Assembly: GCF_009914755.1 (NCBI RefSeq)
Contig: NC_060928.1
Reading direction: 5' to 3' (one strand)
Source: the human T2T-CHM13v2.0 reference genome, Homo sapiens
DNA: 64,000 bases
Within the stretch, counting starts at the first letter, position 1; each line of letters begins with the position of its first letter. The position numbers were made by a program, and so were the translations under genes. Positions 51,678 to 64,000 of the stretch are shown piece after piece. The notes beneath the pieces were generated by a model. It was given only the letters and a program-made list of their open reading frames with translations. It had not been told where the DNA came from and made no database searches.

Positions 51678-53990
51678 TGGTGTTGGCTGTTTTCAGATGT
51701 TCTCAAAATAAGTTCTGATTTTCAAGTGTTATACTTTCTGCATTCAATATTATATAAGCGTCAATTATTTGCCAAAAGTCTTATTTGCATGATTTTTATT
51801 GCCACTTCCCTACTAAATTTCTGCAATGAGTCTTTCTCTCATTAAGTATAAAATGCAAGCACTCTGTCGTGGTAGAATGTCTTTATATGATCCTGCCCCT
51901 TTTCTACTGATCAACATTGTCTACTGTATTTTTCTTTTCTTCATCCTCCTATCCCTCCATTCCTGACTTTCATTCTGCCCTTCGTAATTCACTCTTCCTG
52001 GAATCCCAGCCCTAGTACTTACACTTGAGGCTCCTACAATAGTACATGTTCTGTAACTCTCAAACACATGTGATTCTCACAAATGCCATGCTTCACAAAT
52101 TGTTTGCCCCAGATCGAGCACAATATAAACACCTATCTACCTTTCTAATCTCATATGAAGCACTAATCTCATATGAAGTCATATCTCAAAAAGTTTACAA
52201 AATACCAAATGAGAAGACTATAATCATAGAGAAACATGAAATCGTATCTATTGAGTGAGTGCTTCACCATCCCGGTGGTATGTATACAATACTGCATACA
52301 TGTAGTATAGTACAAACGGAAGCATAGAAATAGGACAGATCTCTTCGGTTCATTTATATTCCCATTTCTGTTCCCAACTAAGGCCAAATAACTTCTTTTT
52401 TATGGTGATTGTATTATCTCATCAATACATGGATAGCTGCTATCTGAAGCTATCAATTTGAATTCATACCAAATAAATTAACTTTATTTGGTATAAATTA
52501 ACTGCCACTGTAATTTTTTTAAAATACAAATATCAGGACAATCTCAGCCACAAGAATGGTCTTTTTAAAAAAAGAGGTTTTTTTTCATACTTCTCCTACC
52601 ACTAGCTTTTACTTTATATGTTGATAAACTTCCAAACTTACCTCTTCTAGATGAATATAACCACACCAGAACTAATCTTCAGCTTTCTCCTAAGAGACAC
52701 TATAGAATTCTCCAATTTTCCTCTTAGGCCCATGCAACTTCTAATCAACAAGATTTACTTACCACCTAGGATGTGTTGGGCAATGAGTGAATATGAAACT
52801 AATGAAAGAAACAGCTTCTGAACAATTAGAGTATATGTCTATGCACATACTCTCCACATGAAATAAACTTACCTACTGACTGATATGGTTACCCTATTTT
52901 GATATGTTTCCAATTCATCTGTGAGGTTCATTTTTCTGGTCTTTACTCATTTTGTTCCCATAACATTAATCACCAGTATCCAGCACAATCATAACACCTT
53001 CTCCTTATCTCATCTATCAAATAACTGTTATTGAATGGTACAGAAATAAATGTGTGTTAATATTTACACAACATAGACAAATGAGAAACACATTAATTTA
53101 TTTAAATAGTCTACATTATATTTCTATTTTATATATTCACCTAGCAGACTTTTCCTCCTCTTAATGGGCAATATAATATGTTAAAGATGAATCGTTCATA
53201 GAATAAATTAATCATTTATCAGAGAGTCACACATGACTCTTTTTAAGTCTTCACAAGAAAAATAAATATCTCAAAAATCAAAAGTAGGAAACATAGTACA
53301 CACTTTGTTGCTATTTGATAATCAAAAAATAATCATTTTATTATATTTAATATAGTTATTGAGAAGCAACAAAGGGGCATTTGCATTTACGCAAAGTGCT
53401 GCTTAGAATTTCCTTTTTATTGTTATCAAAGATGCTGGTCAATACTTTATAGCTTTTCTGAGCTCATGCATTCTGATCAAACTTTAGAATATAAAAGATT
53501 AAACTTCTCAGCTAATTACATGCCTGGAGGCACATTAACAATGCAAGTGTCAATGCTCTGTTAAAAATTCATTTTGCATTTTTAACACAGTCCTGATAGC
53601 AAAACTTTGAAGGCAACAAAGTGGAAAGAGTTATATTCTTATTTTAAAAGGTAGCCTAGAAACCTTGAAAAATTTGAACTTTATTATTTTATATTATGGG
53701 AAATTTCAGAGGTACTATGGAATCAAAGTGAATTTTTTCATGCTAAAAAAAATTAATGGGTCATTGATTTTAGTGAGAAGAAACTTAAGAATATTTTGGC
53801 CCCAACTTTTTATTTAACTAGTGAGATTACTAAACTACAGAAAGATTTTGAGACTTATACAAAGACAATTAAAGAGAGATAGGTCTAGTACTCAGAACTA
53901 TTAACTTTGAAACCAGAGAGCTTTCGACAGTATTGTTGCCTTATAAGAGTCAGAGATGTTTGTTTCAGTATGTTTGAAATATGAGCTGCC

Positions 53991-54380
53991 TGTTACCAGC
54001 TGAATTGAGTCCCTTTCAAAATTCACATATTGAAGCTCTATCCGCATGTACTTTAGAATGTGTCTGTGTTTGGAGATAGAACTTTTAAAGAAAGGATTAA
54101 GTTAAAATGAGGCCACTGGGGGTAGACCCAATCCAATCTCATTGGCATCCTTATAGAAAGAGAAAATTTGGATACCCAAAGAGACACCAAGGATGCCTGC
54201 ACTCAGAGGAAAGACAAACTGACGAGGGGCACTTACAATTCAAGGACAGTCCTCAGAAGAAATAAAAAACCACCAATACTTCAAATTCAGACTTCCAGCT
54301 TGCATGAGAAAATAAATATCTGTTGTTTAAGCCACCCAGTCTATGATACTTTGTTATGGAAGTCCCAGGAATCTAATACA
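53991..54380 (+). mobile_element. MLT1B solo LTR
   Basis: TG...CA termini, 390 bp, perfect 5-bp TSD ctgcc on both sides. Confidence 0.92.
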
Positions 54381-57300
54381 CTGCCTAAATTGTCAAAAAT
54401 ATAATGTATATTTTAAAATAGAATTATGGATAATATCTTTTTTAAGTTTAACTCTCCACAGAACTCTGAATTTGTATGAAAACACTGAAACTGATATGAA
54501 AAGATTTTATGTTTTAGAGAAAGGAGTGTAATTTGCACTTTACCTGAAAGAAGACTTTACAAAAAAACAACTAACAAAATAAAACTTAATTTGGTGTATG
54601 GGGCAGATCAGATAAAATTTGTAAATTACAAATAGAATTGTATATGTATCATAATTGACTAGACGACAAAAGTAGAAGTTATCATAGAGATAAAATAATT
54701 TAATAAATTCTATTTTATTTTTGTTGTTTCTGAAAAATATTAAAAAATTGTCATTTATCCAACTTTAAGATAGAACCAACATAGTTCTATTTTCCATATT
54801 GACATATTATGAACACAATATTGAGTTTCAGATTTTCTCAAATACATTTTTTTAAAGAATGACAATTTTAGTTTTATAAAATTATGAAGGGAGCTAATTT
54901 AGTGCAAAGAAATTTGGGCTTAAAGTCAAAAATCTAAAATATTATTAGTCTTTAATTATCAGTATGATTATGGTCAAATAGCTTACTTTCTCTCTGCCTC
55001 AATTGCTATGTATCTAAAATAAATAAATATTCTAAATAATCTCAATATTTATTTTTTGTCCTAAAATTATTTCATGCTGAACATAATTGCTATATTTGTA
55101 AAGTTGATATTTGTGACTGGTTAAACATAAAATTACCCATTAGTCCACCTTGAGAAAGACTCTTAAGATAAATAAGTAAACAACTTTAAGTTCAATACTC
55201 TGTAATATTCTTACAAATCAGAAAAAAAAAATTGAGAAATTGACAGATTTTAATTCCTTGAGACTTTGGCACCAAAAATTCTTTCAAGGCATTTCACAGG
55301 TTTTGCTGGCTTCTCCCATCATAAGGGCAAAGTTAAAGTCCACCTCAACACTGTCTAGTAAGACTACTATTCACTAAACTGAGAGATGTATTTTGTACTT
55401 TTTTTTCCCCACACAGGTTCTTACAGATGTGACAGGGCAAGTGAGGGCAGACTTACAAACAACTGCTGTAGAAAATCACTGGGGGACAAAAAACAATGTA
55501 AATCTTTGCTTAAGCAGTTTCTTTTTGTGCACTTAGCGTCCCTAGCTAATTTTTTTTTTTTGTCAACATACTCTTAGTTATAAATAGGTGTTGAGATGGC
55601 ACTGAGAAAATGGAAAGAGAAAATAACTGCTTCTAAGAGCACATAATTTGAAATGACAAGACCTTTGGCCTAAGAGGTAGGTGCAACATCTTGACTTTGC
55701 AAGTAATTTAATAACTATGAGCCCCTTAATCAATATAAGCTTCAATTTAATATGTGTAAAGTAAGTAGTTCATTAAATTATTCAATAAACACTGTTGAGG
55801 ACACAGAGGTGCCACACACTTGGGCTCGTTTCTTAAGATTAGAAAAATGAAAGAAACCTATAATTCAGTAAGGGAGAGTTAGAAGTATAATGACAATCAC
55901 AACCTTTGGTGACAAGTATTGCAATAGAAATATGCATGACAGGATGTGGAAGGAAGTGAAGAAGTAGCTCATTCAGCCTGGGAGGAGCACCATTTGCAAA
56001 TTTTCAATGTCATTGCCTTTTGTGCTGAGTCTAAAAGTATATGCATATTGTATCCGAAAGCAGGATCAAGAGAAAGCAGATCAGTGTGTACAAAAGCATT
56101 GCACAGAAGAATAGCTGCCAGGGAAGATTGAGTCTGATGGTAGGGTTAATATTTGTGTTCTCACAAGTCTCTTACAGATCTACATGCTATGTAAAACACT
56201 ACCAAACATGTATTTAAAACAAGCAACAACAACAACATAAAGACAACCAGATGTATTTAGTCCAATAATTACTGACATAAAAGAAAAGAGTGGAGGTATT
56301 GGAAAAGGAACCATTTTCCAGCATGGGCTTTTTGCAGGGGGAATACCTGGAATTTACCAATTCTTATTTCATGTTCTCTTTATCTCCAACCACTATAAAA
56401 TTTGTTTTAACTATTCTGTTTAGATAAATTTAAAATAAATACCAGATAGTGCAGAACTCTTCCAGTTCTCTCTAATGTCCCTACCAAGCCCCTCCATGCC
56501 CTGTGCTATGGAAGCATTGATGCTTCAATTTTCCACACATTAACAGCAGATGTGAGCAGTTCATGCTCTGGATGACAGCTCAAAGACAAAGGAATTCTCT
56601 AGTGCTATATAGTGTCGTATTTTGGTGGTGAAGTGAGTGAAGAATGCAATTTAAGTTCACTACCATTCACATTTAGGAGTCGATGAATGCAGTATGAGGG
56701 AACAAGCACCTGCAAAGGAAATAGAAATATCATCACAGTGTGTGCTGGAAATGAAACCAGTGGTTCTTCAGCCCCATTAGCTTTTGCCACCACCTCATAA
56801 CTTTCCAGGAAAGATTCCAAGCTTAGAGAATGCACCTACCTTTACTAGTGTACAGTATTCATTGTAAAAAATGAGAAGTATTACTGGACAGTGTTTCTAG
56901 CTGAAGAGATGCACATTTTAACAAGCTGGGAGGATTGAGCAGATAGATTGAAGATAATTTTCATGTTTGTATTGCTTCATAAGGTTACCCAAACAAATAA
57001 AAAAAAATTATCAGTGGCAAACCTAATGGATATGAGAGAAGAGTACCCTTTCTTTCTTTGTTGTATGAGTGTGTGGTGTGGGGTGGGGAGAAGGCGAAAC
57101 AGTGGGTGAAGTGGATAATTTTTTAATTATTAGCTAATCATCTTTCTCTCCAACTTGTATGTCCAGGTCATTTTGTAAAGCTCCCTCTGAAATCTTAATC
57201 CTAAGGTAGGCTTTCAATTCAGATTGCTCTGAGAATACTCATGATTGATTATGGCAATAAGCATTTCAAGCAATTTCCATGTAGTGCTGTTATTTTTCCT

Positions 57301-58094
57301 TTGTATCCTGGGAAACTTTAAAAATTGTATTCTCAATTTAATTTACATATTTGATCACTTTTAGCTATCTAGTGATCATCTAGTAAATATATAATTTTGA
57401 TATCACTAGTAAATTTAAGACAATTTCTCCTTAAAATTCAGTGTGTCACTAATTCAGGACGATAATTTCATGTACAATAATTATCTTAAGCACAGAAAAA
57501 TATATTTGATGGATTTAATGTAGGAACTATACAAGGGATGCACTGTGAATATAGCAAATGTGTTTCCTTGAGCCTAGAATTATTTATTTATTCTGAGGTT
57601 TATATTATTTGCTTCTGCCTCCTTCGACAAAACAATAATGCATCATAGTGAGCTTTAGACATCTATTGGAACACGGCTTTTTTTTTTTTTTTTCAAATAT
57701 TAACTCCTTTGCTTTACAAGAAGTTACTCTGTATGTGCACTTGAGGATAACACTGACATTTTAAATACCATCACCTCCTATTTAATTCATTACTACTCCT
57801 TGTCTTTCTCTAATTGCTATTTTTTTTAAAGCTTTCTACCCAAATTTGAAACTATGTCTTTTTATTTAAGAAATCGTCTAAAGCAGTGATCCGCATTAAC
57901 TTTTCAGCAGGTTCGTAACTTCCAGCTTTTAAATTTCTTCTGTTTCTGCTACTTGGAAAACCTCAGAGTGAAAATTTTGGCAAGAAATAATTTTCAATAC
58001 AGGCATCAACTCCTTAATTTGCAAGAGATCAGAATCACATTTTTCACATATAACTTCCAGGGACATAATTCAACTAACATTTACATTACCTAGT

Positions 58095-58556
58095 ACACTA
58101 TTATTTGTTTGTAACAAAAAACACCCTACAATGAAGTGGTACAAATACAAAAGAATTGTGTCAGTCTCTTATATAACAGCCCATGGTGGCAGTTGGCCAA
58201 GGTATACAGTCAATATGGCTAGTCACAACAGAAACTCTGATTCCTTTCATCTTGCTTATCTCCCATTTCTCAGGTGTGTAAGTGACTGTGTTCCTACCAT
58301 CAAGTTCACATTTCAACCTGTACCAAAGAGGGAGGAGAGGAAGTAGAAAGCAAACAATTACCTTATAAATATCTGCCCTTGGAGTACATACATCACTGCC
58401 ATTTTAATTTTGTCTCCTGTAATTAATAGCATGCCCAAACACAACGAAAAATAGTTTCAGAAATACAGTCTCTAACATCTAACATTCAGTTGCTAGACCC
58501 CTTAGCAACTAAAGGAAAGCATGGGTAGTTGTGAAAAATTATCAGCCTCTGTTATA
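58095..58556 (-). mobile_element. Ancient ERVL LTR (LTR33-like)
   Basis: 'gattcctttcatcttgc', 'cacatttcaacctg', 'catacatcactgcc', 'gaaatacagtctcta', 'tcagcctctgttata'. Confidence 0.55.
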
Positions 58557-58863
58557 GCTCATAATTGCATGTGGCCTTGTGATTACAAGTTTTTTAAAGA
58601 AGTTGCTAGAAACACGGAAATCAACTATATTTTTAAGCAAGGACACTAGATTATGATTAGTTTTTCATGGTGGCAGTTTTCAACTTGTCAATGTTTGCTA
58701 AATTAAAATGTTACCACATTCCAAACAAGTAAAAATAACTCAGAAATAAAGTTTAATTCCTATAGATTACATTGCTAAAATGTGATTGGGCAATTCATGA
58801 AACTATCAGTTAAAATATTTGCATGATCTTCAATAATAAGATGAATAAACTCTGGAGACCTAA

Positions 58864-59226
58864 TAATATGTTTTGGCTCTGTGCTCCCATCCAAATCTCA
58901 TCTCAAATTGTAATCTCCACATGTTGAGGAAGGAACCTAATGGAGGGTGATTGGATCTTGGATGTGTTTTTCCTCATGCTGTTCTCATGAGACTGAGGGA
59001 GTTCTCATGAGATCTGATGGGTTAAAATTGGCAGTTTCCTCATGCTCTCTCTTTCTCCTGCCACCATGTAAGACATGCCTTGCTTCCCTTCACCTTCCAC
59101 CATGTTTGTAAATTTCCTGTGGCCTCCCCAGCCATGCAGAACTTTAAGTCAACTAAATCTCCTTTCTTCATAAATTACCCAAACTCAGGTAGTATCTTTA
59201 TAGCAGCGTGAGAATGAACTAATACA
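58864..59226 (+). mobile_element. THE1D-like 5' LTR
   Basis: 'taatatgttttggctctgtg..ccaaatctcatctcaaattgtaatc...tttatagcagcgtgagaatgaactaataca'. Confidence 0.93.
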
Positions 59227-60414
59227 GGAAATTGGTACTGGGAGTGGGACACTGCTATAGCGATAACCTGAAAATGTGGAAAAAACTTTGGAACTGGGTA
59301 GCAGGCAGAGATTGCAACAGTTTGGAGGGCTCTGAAGAAGACAGGAAGATGAATGAATTTTGAAACTTCCTAGAGACTTTTTGAATGATTTTGACCAGAA
59401 ATGCTGATAGCAGTGTGGACAATGAAGTCCAGACTGAGGTGGTCTCAGATAAAGATGAGGATCTTAGTGGGAAGTGCAATAAGTGACTCTTGCTATGCTT
59501 TAGCAAAGAGACTAGCAGCATTTTGCCCCATCCTGAAAATATGTGGAACTTTGAATGTGAGAGAGATTATTTAGGGTATCTGGCAGAAGAAATTTCTAAG
59601 CAGCATAGTATTCAAGATGTGACCTGGCTTTTTCCAAAAGCATCCAGTCATATGCATTCACAAAGAGAGGATTGGAATTTGGAATTTATGTTTAAAAGGG
59701 AAGAAGAGAATCAAAGTTTGGAAAATTTGCAGCCTGACCAGGTGGTAGAAAAGAGAAGCCCATTTTCTGGAGAGGAATTCAGGCTGGCTGCAGAAATTTG
59801 CATAAATAACAAGAAGCTGAATGTTAATCACCAAGACAATGGGGAAAATGTCTTCAGGGAATTTCTGAGATCTTCAAGGCAGCCTCTTTCAGCACAGGCT
59901 TGGAAGCTAAGAAGAGATAAATGGTTTTGTGGGCTGATCTCAAGGCTCCACTGTTCTGTGCAGCCTCTGGACATGGTGCCCTGCCATCCCAGCCACTCCA
60001 GCTTCAGCTGTAACTAAAAGAGGTCAAGGTATAGTTTAGGCTGTTGCTTCAGAGGGTCTAAGCCCTAAGCCTTAGTGGTTTCCATGTGGTGTTGGGCCTA
60101 TGGGTACACAGAAGCCAAGAATTGAGCTTTGGGGACATCTGCCTAGATTTCAGATGATGTATTGAAATGCCTGTATGTCCAGGCAGAAGTCTGCTAAAGG
60201 GGTGGAGCCCCCTCATGGAGAAACTCTACTAGGACAATGCAGAGGGGAAATGTGGGGTTGGAGTCCCCACATAAAGTCTCCACTGAGCCACTGCCTAGTG
60301 GAGCTATGAGAAGAAAGGCACTGTCTTCAGACCCCAGAATGGCAGATAAAGAAGGGTTGCCCATGTGCCTGGAAAGGCAACAGATGCTCAACACCAGCCT
60401 GTGAAATAGCCAGG
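59227..60414 (+). mobile_element. THE1-int (MaLR internal), 3'-truncated, no second LTR
   Basis: 'aattggtactgggagtggg...tttggagggctctgaagaagacaggaagatg'; ORF remnant WNFECERDYLGYLAEEISKQHSIQDVTW. Confidence 0.93.
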
Positions 60415-60994
60415 AATAAGGCAGCTGCTTAGCTTCTGGGCCCAGATGCCCTCAGACTTATACTAGATATCTATTATTTGGCACTGTGAATGGATCCTCA
60501 CTCATATTTTTTCCTCCCTAGTTCATGTCTTCATCACATCTTATCCTACTGTTTTAAAATCTCCTTGATTGTCATAGCAAAGCTCATTATCTTCTCAATG
60601 TCTCTTCTACACATTTATCTTCTTTAGCAAATCTAATTTTATTCAAATATGCTTAAAATTCCTTGTGATATTTAATGTCACAATAGATAAAGTCAAAAAT
60701 ACTCATACTGGTTCTTCCATGTAATTGCCTTTGTCCACTGACCCAAAACTATCCCACAGCCATACCAAATTCACCATGATATTTACATATGTTCATTGTT
60801 TTGTAATGACTGTATTTTTATTATACTTGTTATTTCAGATGTGGGTTAAGAGTTTTGTTTTTAATACTAAAAGATTCTATCAAAGGCTAGTCAAACTTAA
60901 AAAAAGAAAGAAAGAAACTCTTAAACAAAAAGCCCTTAAAGAGATTGACTTATTATAATACACATCCTTTCAAATAAAAGGCCATAAACGAATG

Positions 60995-61895
60995 TCTCCA
61001 CTTCTGAATTCCATCAGGCATTTAGAGAAGTGCAAATACCAATTTTTCTCAAATTCTTCCAAAAAAATTGAAGCAGAAGAAACATTTCCAGACTCATTTT
61101 AAGAGGCTAACATTACCCCAATACAAAAGCCAGACAAGGACAAAACAAGAAAATAAAGTTATAAGACAATATCCCTGATGAATGTGGAAGCAAAAGTTCT
61201 CAACAAAATATTAGCAGACTAAATTCAAGAACACATTAAAATCATTATTTACCACGATCAAGTGGAATTTATCCTTGTGATGCAAATCAATAGATGTGAT
61301 GCACCATATTAACAAAATGAAGGAGAAAATTCCTATAATCTCCACAATTGCAAAAAAGTAATTGAAAAAATGCTTTCAAGAGATTAGGTATAGAGAAAAT
61401 GTACCTCAACACAATAACGGCCACATATGACAATCCCATAGCTAATATCGTTCTTGATAGTGAAAGGTTGAAAAGTTTTACCCTAAGATCAGGAGCAAGG
61501 GAAGGATGTCTACTCTTACCACTTCTTTTCAACATAGTATTAGAAGTCTTCACTGAAGAAATTAGACAAAAAAAAATAAATAAAAGGAATCCAAATTGGA
61601 AATAATTAATTGTCTTTATTGGCTTTGACATAGTATTATATATAGAAAACCCTATAGAATGCACCAAAACAAAAACTGTTAGAACTAATAAACAAATTGA
61701 GCAAAGTTGCAGAATACAAAATTAAAATTCGAAAATCAATAGCATTTCTACATACTAATAAAATAACCGATAAGAAAATTGAGAAAACAATCCCATTTAC
61801 AATGACAAAAATACATAAATACTTAGGTGTAAATTTAATGAGGTAAAGGACCTGTGTAGTGAAAACTATAAAACGCTATAAAAGAATTTGAAGAA
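60995..61895 (+). mobile_element. L1M ORF2 (RT) fragment
   Basis: ORF track 'ATYDNPIANIVLDSERLKSFTLRSGAREGCLLLPLLFNIVLEV'. Confidence 0.88.
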
Positions 61896-64000
61896 GAGGT
61901 GGAGCAAGACGGCAGAATAGAAGGCTCCACGGATCATCCCATTCACAAGGACACCAAGTTAACAACTGTCTACACAGAAACACTTTCATAGGAACCCAAA
62001 GACAGCTGAGCACCCATAGTACCTGGTTTTAATTTTATATTGCTGAAAGAAGCACTTAAAAGGTAGAAAAAACTGTCTTGATTCGCTGCCACCACACCTC
62101 TCCTACACCCAGAAGCTGCAGCATGGAACAAAGAGCATCTCTGAGTGTCCCAGGGGAGGGAGAACACAGAAATTGTGAGGCATTGAACTCAGTGCTGTCC
62201 TGTTACAGGAGAATGGTAAAACCAGACCAAACTCAGCTGACACCAGCTGAGCATTTAAACCAGCCCTAGCCAGAGGGTAATCACCAATCCCAGCAGCTGG
62301 AACTTGAGTTCCCACAAACCTTGCCACCAAGGGATACAGTGCTGTTTTTCAGTATATTTGAAAGCAGTCTAGAGCACAGGGACTGCAATTCTTATGTGAG
62401 TCCTATTGCTGAACTAGGCCCAGAGACAGAGGACTCGGGGGCACATGACCTACTGAGACACACCAGCTGGGATGGTTAAGGGAGTGCTGGCATCACCCTT
62501 CCTCTAACCCCAGGCTGCATAGCTCATGGCTACAAAAAAGACCCCCAACTTTTTTTTTTTCTTTTTTTTTTCTTTTGGCTTGAGGACAGGAGAGGGAAGA
62601 ATGGGAAGAACTTTGTCTGGCTTCTTGGATACCAGCTCAGCCACAACAGGATAGGGCACTGGTCAGAGTCATGAAGCCCATATTTCTGCCCCTAGCTCCC
62701 AGATGGCATTTCTAGACATACCCTGGGCCAGAAGGGAACCCTCTGCCTTGATGGAAATGATCCAGTACTGCCAGCATTCATCACCTGCTAACTGAAGAGC
62801 CCTTGGGCTCTGAATCACCAGCAGTGATACCCAGTAATACTATGTTGAGGGCCTTGGGTGAGCCTCTGAGACTTGCTGGCTTCAGGTGAGGCTCACCACA
62901 TTACCAGCTATGGTAGCTATGGGAAAAAATATTCATTCTGTTTGAGAAAAGCAGAGGGAAAAGTAAAGGGGACCTTACACCTTAGGTACCAGCACCAAGT
63001 GGGCTCTTGGGGGTCCCTGACTCCAAGACTTGACTCTTGGATAACATTTCGGGACATGCTGTGGACCAGAGGGGAGCTCAATGCCCGCCCTGAAGGGTGA
63101 GTTTGAAGCCAGGCAGCATTCACCCCACGCTGACTTAAGAGCCCTTGGGTCATTAGGGAACATGGATGGTAGTCTAGCAGTACTCCTCATGGCCTAGGGT
63201 GTTGGTGGCTACGGAGTGAGGCTCCTCTGCCTTTGGAAAGGGGAGGGAAGAGTGGGATGGACTATGTCTTGTGGTTTGACTGCCAGCTCAGCCACAGTAC
63301 AATAGAACACCAGGTAGATTTCTATGGTTTCTCAAACTGTGCATCTGGACCAACCCAGGGCCTGGGGGACCCCGCTGCCCTGAAGGGAAGGAAACACATC
63401 TAGCTGGCTTTGTCACCTGCTTACTACAAAGCCCCAGGGCCTAGAGAAAACCTAGGCAGTAGTCAGGGAGTGGTTACAGCAAGCCTTGAGTGAGACCCAG
63501 TGCTGTGCTGACTTCAGGTCTAACCCAGGACAGTCATAGGGCTGGTGGCTACAGAGAAGCTGGCATCACTCTACTCCCAGCTTTGGGTGGTTCAGTACAG
63601 ACAGAGAAAGACTGTTCATTTAGGAGACAGTAAAGGAAGAGAACAAAAGTCTCTTCCTGGTAATCCAGAAAATCTCCTGGATTATCTCCAAGAACATCAA
63701 GGCAGCACCTCTAGGAGTCTACCAGAACCACAGCATTACTGGACCCGGGGTGTCCCCTAAAGCAGATACAGCATAGATCACAACACCCAAGTCTTTTCAA
63801 ATAGTTGCAAAGCCTTTCCAAGAAGGACAACTACAAAAAAGCCCAGACAGTAAAAAGGCTACAATAAATACCTAACTCTTCAATGTTCACCAAATAAATT
63901 AAACAAGGCACCGGGGATTAATCCTGGAGAAACAGAAATATATGACTTTTCAGGCAGAATATTCAAGATAGCTGTGTTGAGGAAATTCAAAGAAAGTTAG
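61896..64000 (+). mobile_element. 5' UTR and ORF1 start of an L1MA1-3-type LINE-1, running off the window
   Basis: 'gaggtggagcaagacggcagaatagaaggctcc'; colinear with 8920-11070 (e.g. 'gactacaataaatgcctaactcttcaatg' vs 'ctacaataaatacctaactcttcaatg'). Confidence 0.88.

Noticed and set aside
55387-55446. Strong-looking splice acceptor (ttttttccccacacag|G) with a possible GC donor 20 nt downstream
   Set aside because: Motif only; no coding frame, partner exon or transcript evidence available
53760-56130. Additional faint MIR/MIR3/L2 traces (about 53760-53920, 54900-55060, 55660-56130)
   Set aside because: Likely real ancient repeats, but the boundaries could not be supported
57350-57415. Cluster of tgatca/ctagt short inverted and direct repeats
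   Set aside because: Stems are too short and imperfect to distinguish from chance

Overview
AT-rich, non-coding primate genomic DNA, judged catarrhine/hominoid from AluS/AluY, a HERV-W LTR17 and an L1PA2-like 3' end. It is either a large intron or intergenic. Roughly two-thirds is recognisable interspersed repeat: nested LINE-1s (L1MB-type host, L1MA1-3 type, L1PA15/16, L1PA7/8), seven Alus plus an Alu fragment, solo LTRs (LTR1, LTR17, LTR22, MLT1A/B/C, THE1D, LTR33-like), Tigger/hAT DNA-transposon MITEs, MIR and L2. I could not support any protein-coding gene, RNA gene or CRISPR array; the supplied ORFs are repeat-derived or chance. I did not find a convincing new biological system. The most interesting signals are a candidate young L1 3'-transduction (about 35060-35223), a MER2-in-MER2 inverted nest, an old non-tandem duplication of a deleted MLT1 LTR with its flank, and several fold-back or templated-insertion scars. 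Repeat subfamily names come from my recall of consensus sequences and need RepeatMasker/Dfam confirmation; boundaries of old elements are approximate.
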